From an uncultured Actinomycetes bacterium (GTDB lineage: Bacteria; Actinomycetota; Actinomycetes; S36-B12; CAIYMF01): a stretch of 64,000 nt of DNA. A model generated the notes under the pieces. It was not told the origin of the DNA, did no database searches, and worked only from the letters and a program-made list of their open reading frames with translations. This document shows, piece after piece, positions 25,104 to 34,863 of this stretch. The stretch covers positions 3,142 to 67,141 of the forward strand of contig CAWEVG010000040.1 of NCBI GenBank assembly GCA_963812395.1, in the 5' to 3' direction. The position numbers were made by a program, and so were the translations under genes. Every line of letters starts with the position of its first letter. The stretch's first letter is position 1.

Positions 25104-26981
25104 CTACTCGGCCGCCACCGGGTCGCTGGCGTGCACCGGGTGGCCCACGACCTCCGCGAACCCGGCACCGATGCACTCGACGAACAGCTCACGGTCGGGG
25201 ATTGCGGCATCGTCCATGGAGATCCCGATCCCCGCATTGCCGGCATAGGACAGCAGGGTGATGTTCGTGGCAGCACCGACCGTGGCTGTCAACGGGTACA
25301 TGGCCCGCACCTTCGCGCCGGCGATCCACACCGGGATCGGCACCCCGGGGACGTTGCTGGCGGTGAAGTCACTGGTCTGCGCGGTCGAGGTGAACACCTC
25401 CGAGGGCATGAGGCGGTAGCCCACCTCGGCCAGCGGATCGACAAGGTGCAGCGCGGGCTCCTGGCGCCAGGTCGCCACGATGTCGCGGATGGCCTGCATG
25501 CGCTCGACCGGGTCGAGGATGTCAACGGGGACCTCGAAGCGGGCGATGGTGACGGCATTCTGCGCCGGACGATCCGGATTGCGCAGGCTGATCGGCATGT
25601 TGCAGCGCAGCATGCTCACCGGCTCGCCCCGGCGCTCGTGGTAGATCCGCAGGCCACCGGTCACACCGGCCATGAACGCGTCGTTGAGGCTCACGCCGTG
25701 GGGCTTGGACGCGGCCTTGAGCTCGGACATCGGGACGTCGAGGGTGATGAAGTGGTAGTTGATCGACCGGCCACGCATCACCGGCGACATGGGGGACGTC
25801 GGCATCGCCAGGAACCGGGTGATGGACTTCAACACGCCCATGACGTCCTCGACCGCGCCGACCGGGTCGCGCAGGGCTCGCCCCGCGATGGGCAGCGCCG
25901 AGTCCGTGACGTCCCTCACCGACCTCATCAGGAACGATGAGGCGTCCACGACGGCCGTGCCCAGGAAGCCCGCACCATCCAGCGGCGCCGCCGTCGGCGC
26001 GGGCGGCATCGGACCGAGGTCCTGCCCGCCGGGGACGAGGTCGATCACCGTGGCTCCGAGCATCATGGCGCCCTGGCCATCGGCGATCGCGTGGTGCAGC
26101 TTGACGATCAGCGCGGCTCGTCCGCCCTGAAGACCCTCGAGGAGCGTGACGCGCCACAGCGGCCGGGCAAGGTCGAAGTCGGCCATCGACTGCCGCCGGG
26201 CCTCGATCAGGACCTGGTCCCAGCTCCCGGGATCGGCCACGCGGAAGCGCCGCATGTGGAAGGTGAGGTCGAAGTCCGGGTCGATCACCAGGCGCGGGCT
26301 CAGGATGTCCGAGGGGCCCTCGAGGACCTTCTGGCGCAGGACCGGGGCAACCCTGCTGGCCCGGTCGAACCGGTCGACGAGCATGTCCCAGTCCGGGCTG
26401 GACTCGAGTGCGACCAGGCCGATGATCGGCGAACGCATCGAGGGGTCGTTCGACGCAAGGCGCCACGTGGCGAAGTCGAACCCGGACAGCCGGCGCGGGG
26501 AGATGACCGTGGGGTCGCCGACGGCCCGCCCCGCGGCGGTCGCGGAGCCGACAGCGGCGCCGACAGTGCCCGCGGCCGCCCTGGCCGTCCGCTTGGCAGC
26601 GGCGCGCTTTCGACCACTGGCAGGTGCCGCGGGAGCGGAGACTGCCGGGGCCTTCGCCGTGGCCGCCTTCTTCGCGGGGGCCTTCGTCGCCGCCGGGGGC
26701 TTCGCCGCAGCCTTCGCGGGGGCCTTCTTGGCGGTCGGGGACTCCTTCGCAGCCGGGGGCCTCGCCGGTGTCTTCGCCGGGGCCTTCTTCGCGGGCGCCT
26801 TCCTCGCAGCGGCGCCTTCTTCGCAGCAGGTGCCGTCTTCGCCGGGGCCTTCTTCGCGGGCGCCTTCCTCGCAGCAGCCTTCTTCACCGGAGGGGCAGAC
26901 TCCTGCGCGGGGGCCACGGGTCCTGCGGTTCGACGCCTTCGCGCCCGAGTCCTCCGTGGTCGTGCGATCCTGCTCTGCCAC
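25104..26981 (-). pseudogene. Wax-ester synthase / diacylglycerol acyltransferase (WS/DGAT) with a long Lys/Ala/Pro-repeat N-terminal tail. The tail region is frame-broken (two switches) as sequenced.
   Basis: The catalytic HHAIADGQG (HHxxxDG) motif and full WS/DGAT N- and C-domains lie in ORF 25104-27170. A GGAG sits 7 nt upstream of GTG 26981 (VAEQDRTTTEDSG). PAKKA-type repeats are split between this frame and ORF 26300-26917. The switches are about 26912-26922 and 26806-26815. Confidence 0.85.
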
Positions 26982-27051
26982 GTCGTCGCTCCTGTGGTCC
27001 GGGGGTATCCGAACCGTACCCGTGCGGCCCGGCGGATGCGGAACCGAGCGC

Positions 27052-27804
27052 TTACTCCATCTCGGCCAGGACCTCGGCGGGGATGTCGGCATTGGTGTAG
27101 ACGTTCTGCACGTCGTCGCTGTCCTCGAGGGCATCGACGAGGCGCATGATCTTCTCCGCACCCGTGGCATCGAGCTGGACCTCCACGGAGGCGACGAACT
27201 CGGCCTCGGCCGATTCGTAGTCCAGGCCCTGGGTCTGCAGCGCCTTGCGCGCCGGCACCATGTCCGAGGCCTCGGTGATCACCTCGAAGGCCTCGCCGAG
27301 GTCGTTGACCTCCTCGGCGCCGGCGTCGAGGACAGCCATCAGCACGTCATCCTCGGTCAGTCCCTCGGACTTGGGCACGATGATGACTCCCTTGCGGGCG
27401 AACAGGTAGGAGACGCTGCCCGGGTCGGCCATGCTCCCGCCGTTGCGGGTCATCGCGACGCGCACCTCGGTCGCGGCGCGGTTGCGGTTGTCGGTGAGGC
27501 ACTCCACCAGCACCGCGACCCCGTTGGGTCCGTAGCCCTCGTACATGATCGTCTGCCAGTCGGCGCCGCCGGCGTCCGCACCGGAGCCACGCTTGAGCGC
27601 ACGGTCGATGTTGTCGGCCGGGACGGAGTTCTTCTTCGCCTTCTGGATGGCGTCGTAGAGCGTGGGGTTGCCGTCGACATCACCGCCACCGGTGCGCGCC
27701 GCCACCTCGATGTTCTTGATCAGCTTGGCGAACAGCTTGCCGCGCTTGGCGTCGATCGCAGCCTTCTTGTGCTTCGTGGTCGCCCACTTGGAGTGGCCGG
27801 ACAT
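27052..27804 (-). CDS. YebC/PmpR-family DNA-binding transcriptional regulator
   Basis: [37 protein letters not shown]...[23 protein letters not shown]-like sequence. Intact, 250 aa from ATG 27804. Confidence 0.93.
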   Translation of the reverse strand: MSGHSKWATTKHKKAAIDAKRGKLFAKLIKNIEVAARTGGGDVDGNPTLYDAIQKAKKNSVPADNIDRALKRGSGADAGGADWQTIMYEGYGPNGVAVLVECLTDNRNRAATEVRVAMTRNGGSMADPGSVSYLFARKGVIIVPKSEGLTEDDVLMAVLDAGAEEVNDLGEAFEVITEASDMVPARKALQTQGLDYESAEAEFVASVEVQLDATGAEKIMRLVDALEDSDDVQNVYTNADIPAEVLAEME

Positions 27805-27823
27805 GGTGCTCCTTCGAATCGAC

Positions 27824-28429
27824 TCAGGCGGCGCCGCGCACCATGGTGGCGAACAGCGCGTGCACCCGATGGTCTCCGGTGAGTTCGGGGTGGAACGAGG
27901 TGGCCAGCAGCGACCCCGCTCGAACGGCAACAATCCTATCGCCCGCAGCGGCCGGGACGGAGGCGAGAACCTCGACCGACGGGCCGACCGACTCCACCCA
28001 GGGCGCGCGGATGAAGACCGCACGGATCGGATCGGCCCCCAGTGCGGGGAAGTCCACGTCGCCCTCGAAGGAGTCCACCTGCCGACCGAACGCGTTGCGG
28101 CGCACCACCATGTCGATCCCACCGATGGGACGCTGGTCGGCTCGGCCGTCGAGGATGGTGTCGGCGAGCAGGATCATCCCGGCGCACGAGCCGTACATGG
28201 GCATGCCGTCGTGAACGGCGGCGCGCAGCGGGTCCATCAGGCCCCAGCGGATGGCCAGCATCGAGATCGTGGTGGACTCACCGCCGGGCAGGACCAGGCC
28301 GTCGACACCCTCCAGCGCCCCCGCGTCCTTGACCGGGACGGCGTGCACCCCGACTGACTCCAGGGCGTGCAGGTGCTCACGCACGTCGCCCTGCAGCGCG
28401 AGGACCCCGATGGTGGGGCCGGTCACCAC
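27824..28429 (-). CDS. pdxT: Pyridoxal 5'-phosphate synthase glutaminase subunit PdxT
   Basis: [30 protein letters not shown] (catalytic Cys), FHPE. Intact 201 aa. Confidence 0.95.
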   Translation of the reverse strand: MVTGPTIGVLALQGDVREHLHALESVGVHAVPVKDAGALEGVDGLVLPGGESTTISMLAIRWGLMDPLRAAVHDGMPMYGSCAGMILLADTILDGRADQRPIGGIDMVVRRNAFGRQVDSFEGDVDFPALGADPIRAVFIRAPWVESVGPSVEVLASVPAAAGDRIVAVRAGSLLATSFHPELTGDHRVHALFATMVRGAA

Positions 28430-29340
28430 CCGCGCTCGGCGAGGCGGTGCGGCTCCGGGATGTCCTCGACGTTGATCCCGACCATCGCCTCACCCAGGCC
28501 GCGGGAGACCTTGGCGATGATCCCCGGATCGTTGAAGTGCAGCGTTGCCTGCACGATGGCGTTGGCCCGCTCGGCGGGGTTGCCCGACTTGAAGATGCCC
28601 GAGCCGACGAACACGCCGTCGGCGCCGAGCTGCATCATCATGGCCGCATCGGCCGGGGTCGCGATCCCGCCGGCGGTGAAGAGCACGACCGGCAGGGAGC
28701 CGCGCTCGGCGACCTCCTTGACCAGCTCGTAGGGGGCCGCCAGCTCCTTGGCCGCCACGTACAGCTCGTCGTGGCTCATCGACGACAGCCGTCGGATCTC
28801 GCCGCGGATCGCGCGCATGTGCGTCGTCGCGTTGGAGACGTCGCCGGTGCCGGCCTCGCCCTTGGAGCGGATCATCGCCGCCCCCTCGGTGAGCCGGCGC
28901 AGCGCCTCGCCCAGGTTGGTGGCCCCGCACACGAAGGGGACGGTGAAGGCCCACTTGTCGATGTGGTGGGTGTAGTCGGCCGGGGTCAGCACCTCGGACT
29001 CGTCGATGTAGTCGACACCGAGGGACTCCAGCACCTGCGCCTCCACGAAGTGCCCGATCCGTGCCTTGGCCATGACGGGGATGGAGACCGCGTCGATGAT
29101 CCCCTCGATCATGTCCGGGTCGCTCATCCGCGACACACCGCCCTGGGCGCGGATGTCGGCGGGGACGCGCTCGAGGGCCATCACAGCCACTGCGCCGGCA
29201 TCCTCGGCGATCCGGGCCTGCTCGGCGTTGACCACGTCCATGATCACACCGCCCTTGAGCATCTCAGCCATGCCGCGCTTGACGCGGTCGGTGCCGAGGG
29301 CGGTTCCTGGGGTGACGGGGGTCTGCGGGGTGCTGCTCAC
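28423..29340 (-). CDS. pdxS: Pyridoxal 5'-phosphate synthase lyase subunit PdxS
   Basis: [45 protein letters not shown]...[10 protein letters not shown]...GEAGTGDV. Intact 305 aa, with a 7-nt overlap with the pdxT start. Confidence 0.97.
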   Translation of the reverse strand: MSSTPQTPVTPGTALGTDRVKRGMAEMLKGGVIMDVVNAEQARIAEDAGAVAVMALERVPADIRAQGGVSRMSDPDMIEGIIDAVSIPVMAKARIGHFVEAQVLESLGVDYIDESEVLTPADYTHHIDKWAFTVPFVCGATNLGEALRRLTEGAAMIRSKGEAGTGDVSNATTHMRAIRGEIRRLSSMSHDELYVAAKELAAPYELVKEVAERGSLPVVLFTAGGIATPADAAMMMQLGADGVFVGSGIFKSGNPAERANAIVQATLHFNDPGIIAKVSRGLGEAMVGINVEDIPEPHRLAERGW

Positions 29341-29430
29341 GTGTTCTCCTGCGCCGGTCGGGACGATGGCACAAGGTTACGTCCCGAGGCGCGGCGGAGC
29401 GAAACGTCGATCGTGCGGGGTGGCCGGCAC

Positions 29431-30462
29431 CTACTCGATCGTGACCTTGCTGGTCCGGTCCTTGAGCAGGATCCACACCTGACCGGGATCGAGGACGATG
29501 GGGTTGCCGTCGAGGTCGGTGTAGGCAGTCGGGGACTGCGAGTAGGGCTTCTCCCAGGTGATGTTCTGGGCCACGCCGTCGCGCAACAGGACGCCCTTGC
29601 CCGATCCGGAGACGATCGTCAGCGGCGTCCTGCCGCCGAACTTGTCGCCGTAGCCGGAGTCCACCTGCTTGACGTACTGGACGATGACCGAGGATGCGCG
29701 CTGGACCCCGGGCTTGTCGGTGTCGCGCGCCTGGCGACCGTTCATCCAGACGTCGTAGAGGTCCTTCTTGGCGTTCCAGCGGAACTGCACCGACATCGAC
29801 GGCCACCGGGCCGTCACCCGGGTGGCGCTCCTGCCGCCGTCCGGGGGCTGCTCGTCGAACACGAACCCGATGTCCTGGGACACGGCCGTGGCACCCGAGG
29901 TCGCCAGGATCTCCTTCGGGTCGGCCATCAGGTTGTACGGCGCATACCTGCCGGTGCCCCGCTCCCGGTGGAAGCCGGGACTGTTGACGTCCTGCGAGAC
30001 CTGCGTCCAGTCCGCGGCCGCCAGCTTCGGCTGCAGGCGCCGCTGTGCGCCGGAGTAGACGAACGCGATGTTGCCCAGCGGTGTGAACAGCTCGATGTCG
30101 CTGACCCGGGCGCTGCGCACCGGCCCCACGGTGCCGGGCATCTGCGTGGAGAACACCGCGGCCAGTCGGGTCAGGCCCCACTCCACGGGCTCCACGTACA
30201 CGATGTCGGCCTTCGTCAGGCCCCGGTGCGGCTGGGCACTCGGCGTGTTGTCGAGCTTGACGACCATGACCGGTGTGCCCACGCCGCCCTCACGACCGCT
30301 GAATGGCGAGGTGGTCGGGGCAACGGGCTGCGGCGGCGCGCTCGAGGCCGGTGCCGGTGGTGTCGAGGGGGTCGACGTCGTCGGCGTGTCGGCGGCCTCC
30401 GGGCCGCACGCTGCCAACAGGAGCCCGAGTCCGACTACGGCAACGATCCGACGCATGGCCAC
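29431..30462 (-). CDS. DUF3048-family lipoprotein
   Basis: Signal peptide with a lipobox (VGLGLLLAAC). The body matches the DUF3048 pattern (VMVVKLDNTPSAQPHRGLTKADIVYVEPVEWGLTRLAAVF, GPVRSAR). Confidence 0.8.
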   Translation of the reverse strand: MAMRRIVAVVGLGLLLAACGPEAADTPTTSTPSTPPAPASSAPPQPVAPTTSPFSGREGGVGTPVMVVKLDNTPSAQPHRGLTKADIVYVEPVEWGLTRLAAVFSTQMPGTVGPVRSARVSDIELFTPLGNIAFVYSGAQRRLQPKLAAADWTQVSQDVNSPGFHRERGTGRYAPYNLMADPKEILATSGATAVSQDIGFVFDEQPPDGGRSATRVTARWPSMSVQFRWNAKKDLYDVWMNGRQARDTDKPGVQRASSVIVQYVKQVDSGYGDKFGGRTPLTIVSGSGKGVLLRDGVAQNITWEKPYSQSPTAYTDLDGNPIVLDPGQVWILLKDRTSKVTIE

Positions 30463-30521
30463 ACGCTAGTTGCCCCCCGGACCGGGTCCGGTCAGCGACT
30501 CAGCGATTCCCCCGATGTTCA

Positions 30522-31412
30522 TCACCGCGCCGGGCCCTCGTCGCCTGCGAAGGTGGGCAGGTGCCTCGGCCCGAGGGACGCCCTGAGGACGCCGAAGGAC
30601 AGGGGCTCCCGTGACGGCCAGCGCGACGCCACCCACCCTGTGGCGATCCCGACCGCTGTGGCCAGGAAGTGACCGAGGTCCCAGATCGTGTGCCACACCA
30701 CGAGTGGGCCGATGATCCCCACCGCCAGCACGGCGGCATAGGGCCAGCGCCACCGCCGGCTCACGAACCACAGGTAGGCGCCCAGCGATCCGACCATCAC
30801 GTACGACACGCCGACGTCCTGGGTCAGCGCGAGGGTCCTGCGGGCGGCCTCGAGGTGGATCGCCTTCGCCTCGACGATCACGGTGAGCAGCGTCCCGAGG
30901 ACGTGCGCGCCCACCGCGACCATCAGCCACCGGGCCGCACCGATCCGGTGCTCGAGTCGGGCGACGACCGCGGCGAACACGACCACGTAGAGCCAGTAGC
31001 CGAAGCCGTAGTCGGCCACGAGGAATGCGCTGATGAACAGGACCCGAATCGGGTCCTCGAGCAGGTTGTGGATGTTCGTCGACGCCAGCCGGGCCGAGAC
31101 GTCGGCCAACAGCGCGGGCTGGCCCTGCTGGATCACCGACGTCGTGGTCCAGATGGCCAGGTAGGTGAACACCGCAGGGGCCCGACCGACCCAGACCCGG
31201 ACGGCCTGGACCGTCGGGTCCAGATGCTCGTAGAGGCCCACGAGCACCCCGCGTCGCGCCAGGGCCTTGACCGCCAACCACGCCACGGCCACCACCGCCG
31301 CGAGGACGATGTAGACGATCACGACGTCGGGCACCGACCGGTCGCCGAGCGACGGAAGCGTCGGGCCGGCGGCACCCCCCCCCGCCCACGCGCTCACCAT
31401 CGCCACCCGCAT
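30522..31412 (-). CDS. Polytopic membrane protein, family not confidently recognised (possibly rhomboid-like fold)
   Basis: Intact 296-aa ORF with about 6-7 hydrophobic helices. It lies 4 nt downstream of the preceding gene's stop. Confidence 0.6.
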   Translation of the reverse strand: MRVAMVSAWAGGGAAGPTLPSLGDRSVPDVVIVYIVLAAVVAVAWLAVKALARRGVLVGLYEHLDPTVQAVRVWVGRAPAVFTYLAIWTTTSVIQQGQPALLADVSARLASTNIHNLLEDPIRVLFISAFLVADYGFGYWLYVVVFAAVVARLEHRIGAARWLMVAVGAHVLGTLLTVIVEAKAIHLEAARRTLALTQDVGVSYVMVGSLGAYLWFVSRRWRWPYAAVLAVGIIGPLVVWHTIWDLGHFLATAVGIATGWVASRWPSREPLSFGVLRASLGPRHLPTFAGDEGPAR

Positions 31413-31415
31413 CTC

Positions 31416-31973
31416 TCAGGCAAAGGCCTCGAACGTGGACGGGGCCACGTCGTCCATCTCGAACATCTGGGGGCGCGGGGCATTGCCCGCCAGGCGGAAC
31501 AGCCGCACCAGGCGGCCCTGACGCAGCAGGAGTGCGGCCTGGACCCCGTCATTGAGGAACCGGCGCGAGAGGGCGACCTGGTTGCAGGCCGCCGACAGGT
31601 CGTCGAGCAGCTCCTCCCCCTCCGGGGTCTCCCGGAGCTCCACCACCGACTCGGGCTCGGCGAAGACCTCGCGAAGGTCCCTCGACATCTCCGACTCGAC
31701 GACGCTGCGCTCCACCGGATCGGCGGGGTCGGCGTTGCGGGAGTTGCTCGCGGCCCGGGCCAGCACGATCGCGCTGGCCGGATCGACGAGCTCCGAGTTG
31801 GCCAGTGCCTCAGCAGCGCGCGCCCGCCGGATCAGCTGTGCGTCCAGCGAGGCGCGCGCGAGGTCGATCCGGTGGTGCAGCCGGTCGATCCGCGACGCCA
31901 GCGCGCTCAGGCGCCAGATGACGATGGCAAGCAGGAGCAGGATCAGCAGCAGCCAGGCGAGATCGACCTTCAT
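31416..31973 (-). CDS. Membrane-anchored helical hypothetical protein (weakly LemA-like)
   Basis: Intact 185-aa ORF with an N-terminal TM helix (LAWLLLILLLLAIVIW) followed by Arg/Ala-rich helices. Its start overlaps the pimA stop by 1 nt. Confidence 0.55.
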   Translation of the reverse strand: MKVDLAWLLLILLLLAIVIWRLSALASRIDRLHHRIDLARASLDAQLIRRARAAEALANSELVDPASAIVLARAASNSRNADPADPVERSVVESEMSRDLREVFAEPESVVELRETPEGEELLDDLSAACNQVALSRRFLNDGVQAALLLRQGRLVRLFRLAGNAPRPQMFEMDDVAPSTFEAFA

Positions 31974-33172
31974 CAGGCCTCGTCCTCCTGCTCGGTGCCC
32001 CAGGGCGGGCGCCGCACGGGCAGCCGGCCCCAGAACTGCCGGGACAGGTCCGCGGTGACCTTCTCGCCCCCTGGCGTCACGCTCATGTAGACCTCGAGGA
32101 CCTTCTTGGCGACGCTCGACCAGTCGAACTCGGCCGCACGCACCCTCCCGGCGGCACGCAGGGCGTCGCGTCGGTCCGGATCGCCGAGCAGCCAGATCAG
32201 CTGCTCGGCGAGGTCCTCGGCGTCCTCATTGCCGAAGTGCACGCCGGCCCGACCCTCGTCGAGGACGCGCTGGAAGGCCTCGATGTCGCTGGCCACCACC
32301 GGGGCGCCCGCGGCCATCGCCTCCAGCAGGATGATCCCGAAGGACTCCCCGCCGGTGTTGGGCGCGACATAGATGTCGGCCGAGTGCAGGGCGCGCGCCT
32401 TGTCCTCCTGGCTGACCAGGCCGAGGAACTCGACCCTGTCGGCGATCGCCGGGTCGAGCCCGGCCTGCACGTCGGCCACCTCCCCGGGCCCGGCGACGAG
32501 CAGCCGCACGTCCGGGACGGCCGCCACGACCCGGGGAAGTGCTGCCAGCAGGATCGGCAGGCCCTTGCGGGGCTCGTCGATGCGGCCGAGGAACATCAGC
32601 GTGTTCTGCCCCCGGGCATGACCGGGGAGTGGCTCGTCGCCGGCGTACAGGCTGCAGTCCACCCCGTTGGGGATCAGCACGGCATCCCCACCGATGTACT
32701 CGACCAGTGAGCGCCGGGCGTACTCCGACACGGCGATGCGGGCGCGGATCTTCTCCATCGCGCTGCGCACGAGCGGCGCCGTCGCGTTCAGCTCCCGGCG
32801 CGACGACGCCAGGCTGGCGTGCCACGTGGCCACGATCGGCCCCTCCGAGACCCAGACGGACAGCAGCCCGAGCGTGGGGCCGGCCGGCTCGTGGACGTGG
32901 AGGATGTCCAGGTCGGAGTCCTTGACCCAGCGACGCGCCCGCGCGGTGGCGACCGGCCCGAAGTTGATCTTGGCGATGGACCCGTTGGAGCTGATCGAGA
33001 TCGGCTTGCCGCCGCTGGTGACGTAGTCCGGCAGGGCGTCCTCATCCTCGGCCGGCGCCAGGATGATCGCCTCGTGCCCCAGTCGCATCAACGCCAGGCG
33101 CAGGTCGTCGATGTGGGCTGCCACCCCCCCGGGCGTGTCCCAGGCGTACGGGCACACGAGTCCGACGCGCAT
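31973..33172 (-). CDS. pimA: GT4 glycosyltransferase; phosphatidylinositol alpha-mannosyltransferase PimA
   Basis: MRVGLVCPYAWDTPGGVAAHI...LHVHEP...GRIDEPRKG...ESFGIILLEAMAAGAPVVASD. The position downstream of the PIM acyltransferase and PIP synthase matches mycobacteria. Confidence 0.88.
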   Translation of the reverse strand: MRVGLVCPYAWDTPGGVAAHIDDLRLALMRLGHEAIILAPAEDEDALPDYVTSGGKPISISSNGSIAKINFGPVATARARRWVKDSDLDILHVHEPAGPTLGLLSVWVSEGPIVATWHASLASSRRELNATAPLVRSAMEKIRARIAVSEYARRSLVEYIGGDAVLIPNGVDCSLYAGDEPLPGHARGQNTLMFLGRIDEPRKGLPILLAALPRVVAAVPDVRLLVAGPGEVADVQAGLDPAIADRVEFLGLVSQEDKARALHSADIYVAPNTGGESFGIILLEAMAAGAPVVASDIEAFQRVLDEGRAGVHFGNEDAEDLAEQLIWLLGDPDRRDALRAAGRVRAAEFDWSSVAKKVLEVYMSVTPGGEKVTADLSRQFWGRLPVRRPPWGTEQEDEA

Positions 33173-34086
33173 CAGGAGTCCTCCTCGGAAGCATCCCGGG
33201 CGGCCAGGCGGGCCGGGTCCAGGTCGGCCAGCCAGAGGCGCTGGAGCATGTGCCAGTCGGTCGGGTGCTCGGCGATGCCCGCTGCCAGTGCATCGGCCAC
33301 AGCCTGCGTCGTCACACGGATCCGCTCGTCGCGGTCGCCGGTCATGGGGGGCTCTATCTCGGGCAGGATCTCAGCGACGTTGTGGCCCGCCCAGAAGAGC
33401 TTCACGGGCACGAGTGAGGCTCCGGTGTCGACAGCCAGGGCGGCCGGGCCGGCCGGGAAGCGCGCCGTCTCACCGAAGAACTGCACGTCGACGCCCTTGG
33501 CGGACAGGTCGCGATCAGCCAGCAGCGCGACGAGGCCGCCGGCCTGCAGCGTGCCCCGCAGCTGCTGGTAGACACCTGGGTCACCGAGGCCATGGATGTG
33601 CATCCCCAGGGACGTCCGGAAGTCGACGAACGCGGTGTAGAGCTGCTCGGGCTCGAGCTTCTCGGCCACGGTGTTGACCGAGGAGATGTGCTGTGAGCAC
33701 CACGCCCCCGCGTGGTCCCAGTTGCCCATGTGGGGAAGTGCTGCGACGACGCCCCTACCGGACTCCACCGGGTCCGACAGCCGCTCGGGGTGGCGCATCT
33801 CGAAGGTGTCGATGCGGGCACCGTCCCAGCCGGGGAGGCGGAAGGCGTCGCACCAGTAGCGCATGTAGGAGCGCATGCCCTCGCGTGACAGCTCGCGCAG
33901 CTCGTCGGGGGCGACCGGTCCCACCACGCGGCCCAGATTGGCCTCGAGCCGGCGGACCGAGGGCCCGTGCGTGCGCCACTGCTGGTCGGCGATCCGGTCG
34001 AACATCGCGTAGGCGAGACGTTCGGGCATCAGCCGGACCGCCCGCCACCCACCGGCATAGGCCAGGTACGTCGCCTGCTCCTTCAC
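33172..34086 (-). CDS. Phosphatidylinositol mannoside acyltransferase (PatA/HtrB-like lysophospholipid acyltransferase family)
   Basis: Intact 304-aa ORF with an LPLAT-type sequence (VAALPHMGNWDHAGAW, the H-x4-D-like region). It has a 1-nt overlap with the pimA start. The pgsA1-acyltransferase-pimA synteny is conserved. Confidence 0.85.
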   Translation of the reverse strand: MKEQATYLAYAGGWRAVRLMPERLAYAMFDRIADQQWRTHGPSVRRLEANLGRVVGPVAPDELRELSREGMRSYMRYWCDAFRLPGWDGARIDTFEMRHPERLSDPVESGRGVVAALPHMGNWDHAGAWCSQHISSVNTVAEKLEPEQLYTAFVDFRTSLGMHIHGLGDPGVYQQLRGTLQAGGLVALLADRDLSAKGVDVQFFGETARFPAGPAALAVDTGASLVPVKLFWAGHNVAEILPEIEPPMTGDRDERIRVTTQAVADALAAGIAEHPTDWHMLQRLWLADLDPARLAARDASEEDS

Positions 34087-34093
34087 CGCCGGC

Positions 34094-34753
34094 TCACTCC
34101 TCGGCGCTGGCCGCGTCGGCCTGCTGGCCGTTGAGCGGCTTGAGCTGGCGGCGGACGTCCAGCCCGCGCTGGAAGACCGTGATGGTGGTCAGCACCGCCA
34201 GGATGGCGATCGCGGCGGTCATGCCCCAGTCCACGAACTGGTAGGCGATCGCGCCGAGGCCAAGGAGGATCATCCGCTCGGCGCGCTCGGCGATGCCGCC
34301 GTTCGCGGTGGCGCCCACCGCCTCGGCGCGCGCCTTGGCGTAGCTGACCACCACTCCCCCGACCAGGCAGACCCACGCCAGGATCGTGGTCGCCGTGGGG
34401 AGGAACGCGTCCGGCTCGCCACGCTGCCAGGCAGCCCAGATGAGCACGCCGCCGAAGACGGCGCCGTCGGCGACCCGGTCGAGGGTGGCGTCGAACCAGG
34501 CACCCCACGGACCCTGCGTCCCGCTGAGGCGGGCCATGGTCCCGTCGAGGACGTCCGCGGAGATGAACAGGAACAGCAGGATGACCGCGGGGATGAACTT
34601 GCCCTGCGGGATGAGGATCAGGGCGGTGAGCACGGTGAGGATCGTGCCCGTCATGGTGACCATGTCCGGGGTGATCCTCATGCGGAGCAGCCCGCGCGCA
34701 ATCGGCTCGACGACGGGGGCGATGACGCCACGGGCGTCGGCGTTGTTCAGCAT
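34094..34753 (-). CDS. pgsA1: CDP-alcohol phosphatidyltransferase; phosphatidylinositol-phosphate synthase
   Basis: The ADVLDGTMARLSGTQGPWGAWFDATLDRVAD motif fits D-G-x2-A-R-x8-G-x3-D-x3-D. I chose ATG 34753 (MLNNADARGVIAPVVEPIARGLLRMRITPDMV) by alignment from memory to the mycobacterial PgsA1 N-terminus. The track ORF extends to 34906. Confidence 0.85.
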   Translation of the reverse strand: MLNNADARGVIAPVVEPIARGLLRMRITPDMVTMTGTILTVLTALILIPQGKFIPAVILLFLFISADVLDGTMARLSGTQGPWGAWFDATLDRVADGAVFGGVLIWAAWQRGEPDAFLPTATTILAWVCLVGGVVVSYAKARAEAVGATANGGIAERAERMILLGLGAIAYQFVDWGMTAAIAILAVLTTITVFQRGLDVRRQLKPLNGQQADAASAEE

Positions 34754-34863
34754 AAGGAGGCCGATCGTAGCGAGAAACACGACCCCGAGTGCGCAGGACG
34801 TAGGACCTTGTTGCGAGGCTAGCGCCTTGGGACACTGCAGACCCGCGACGAAAGGCACCTCAC

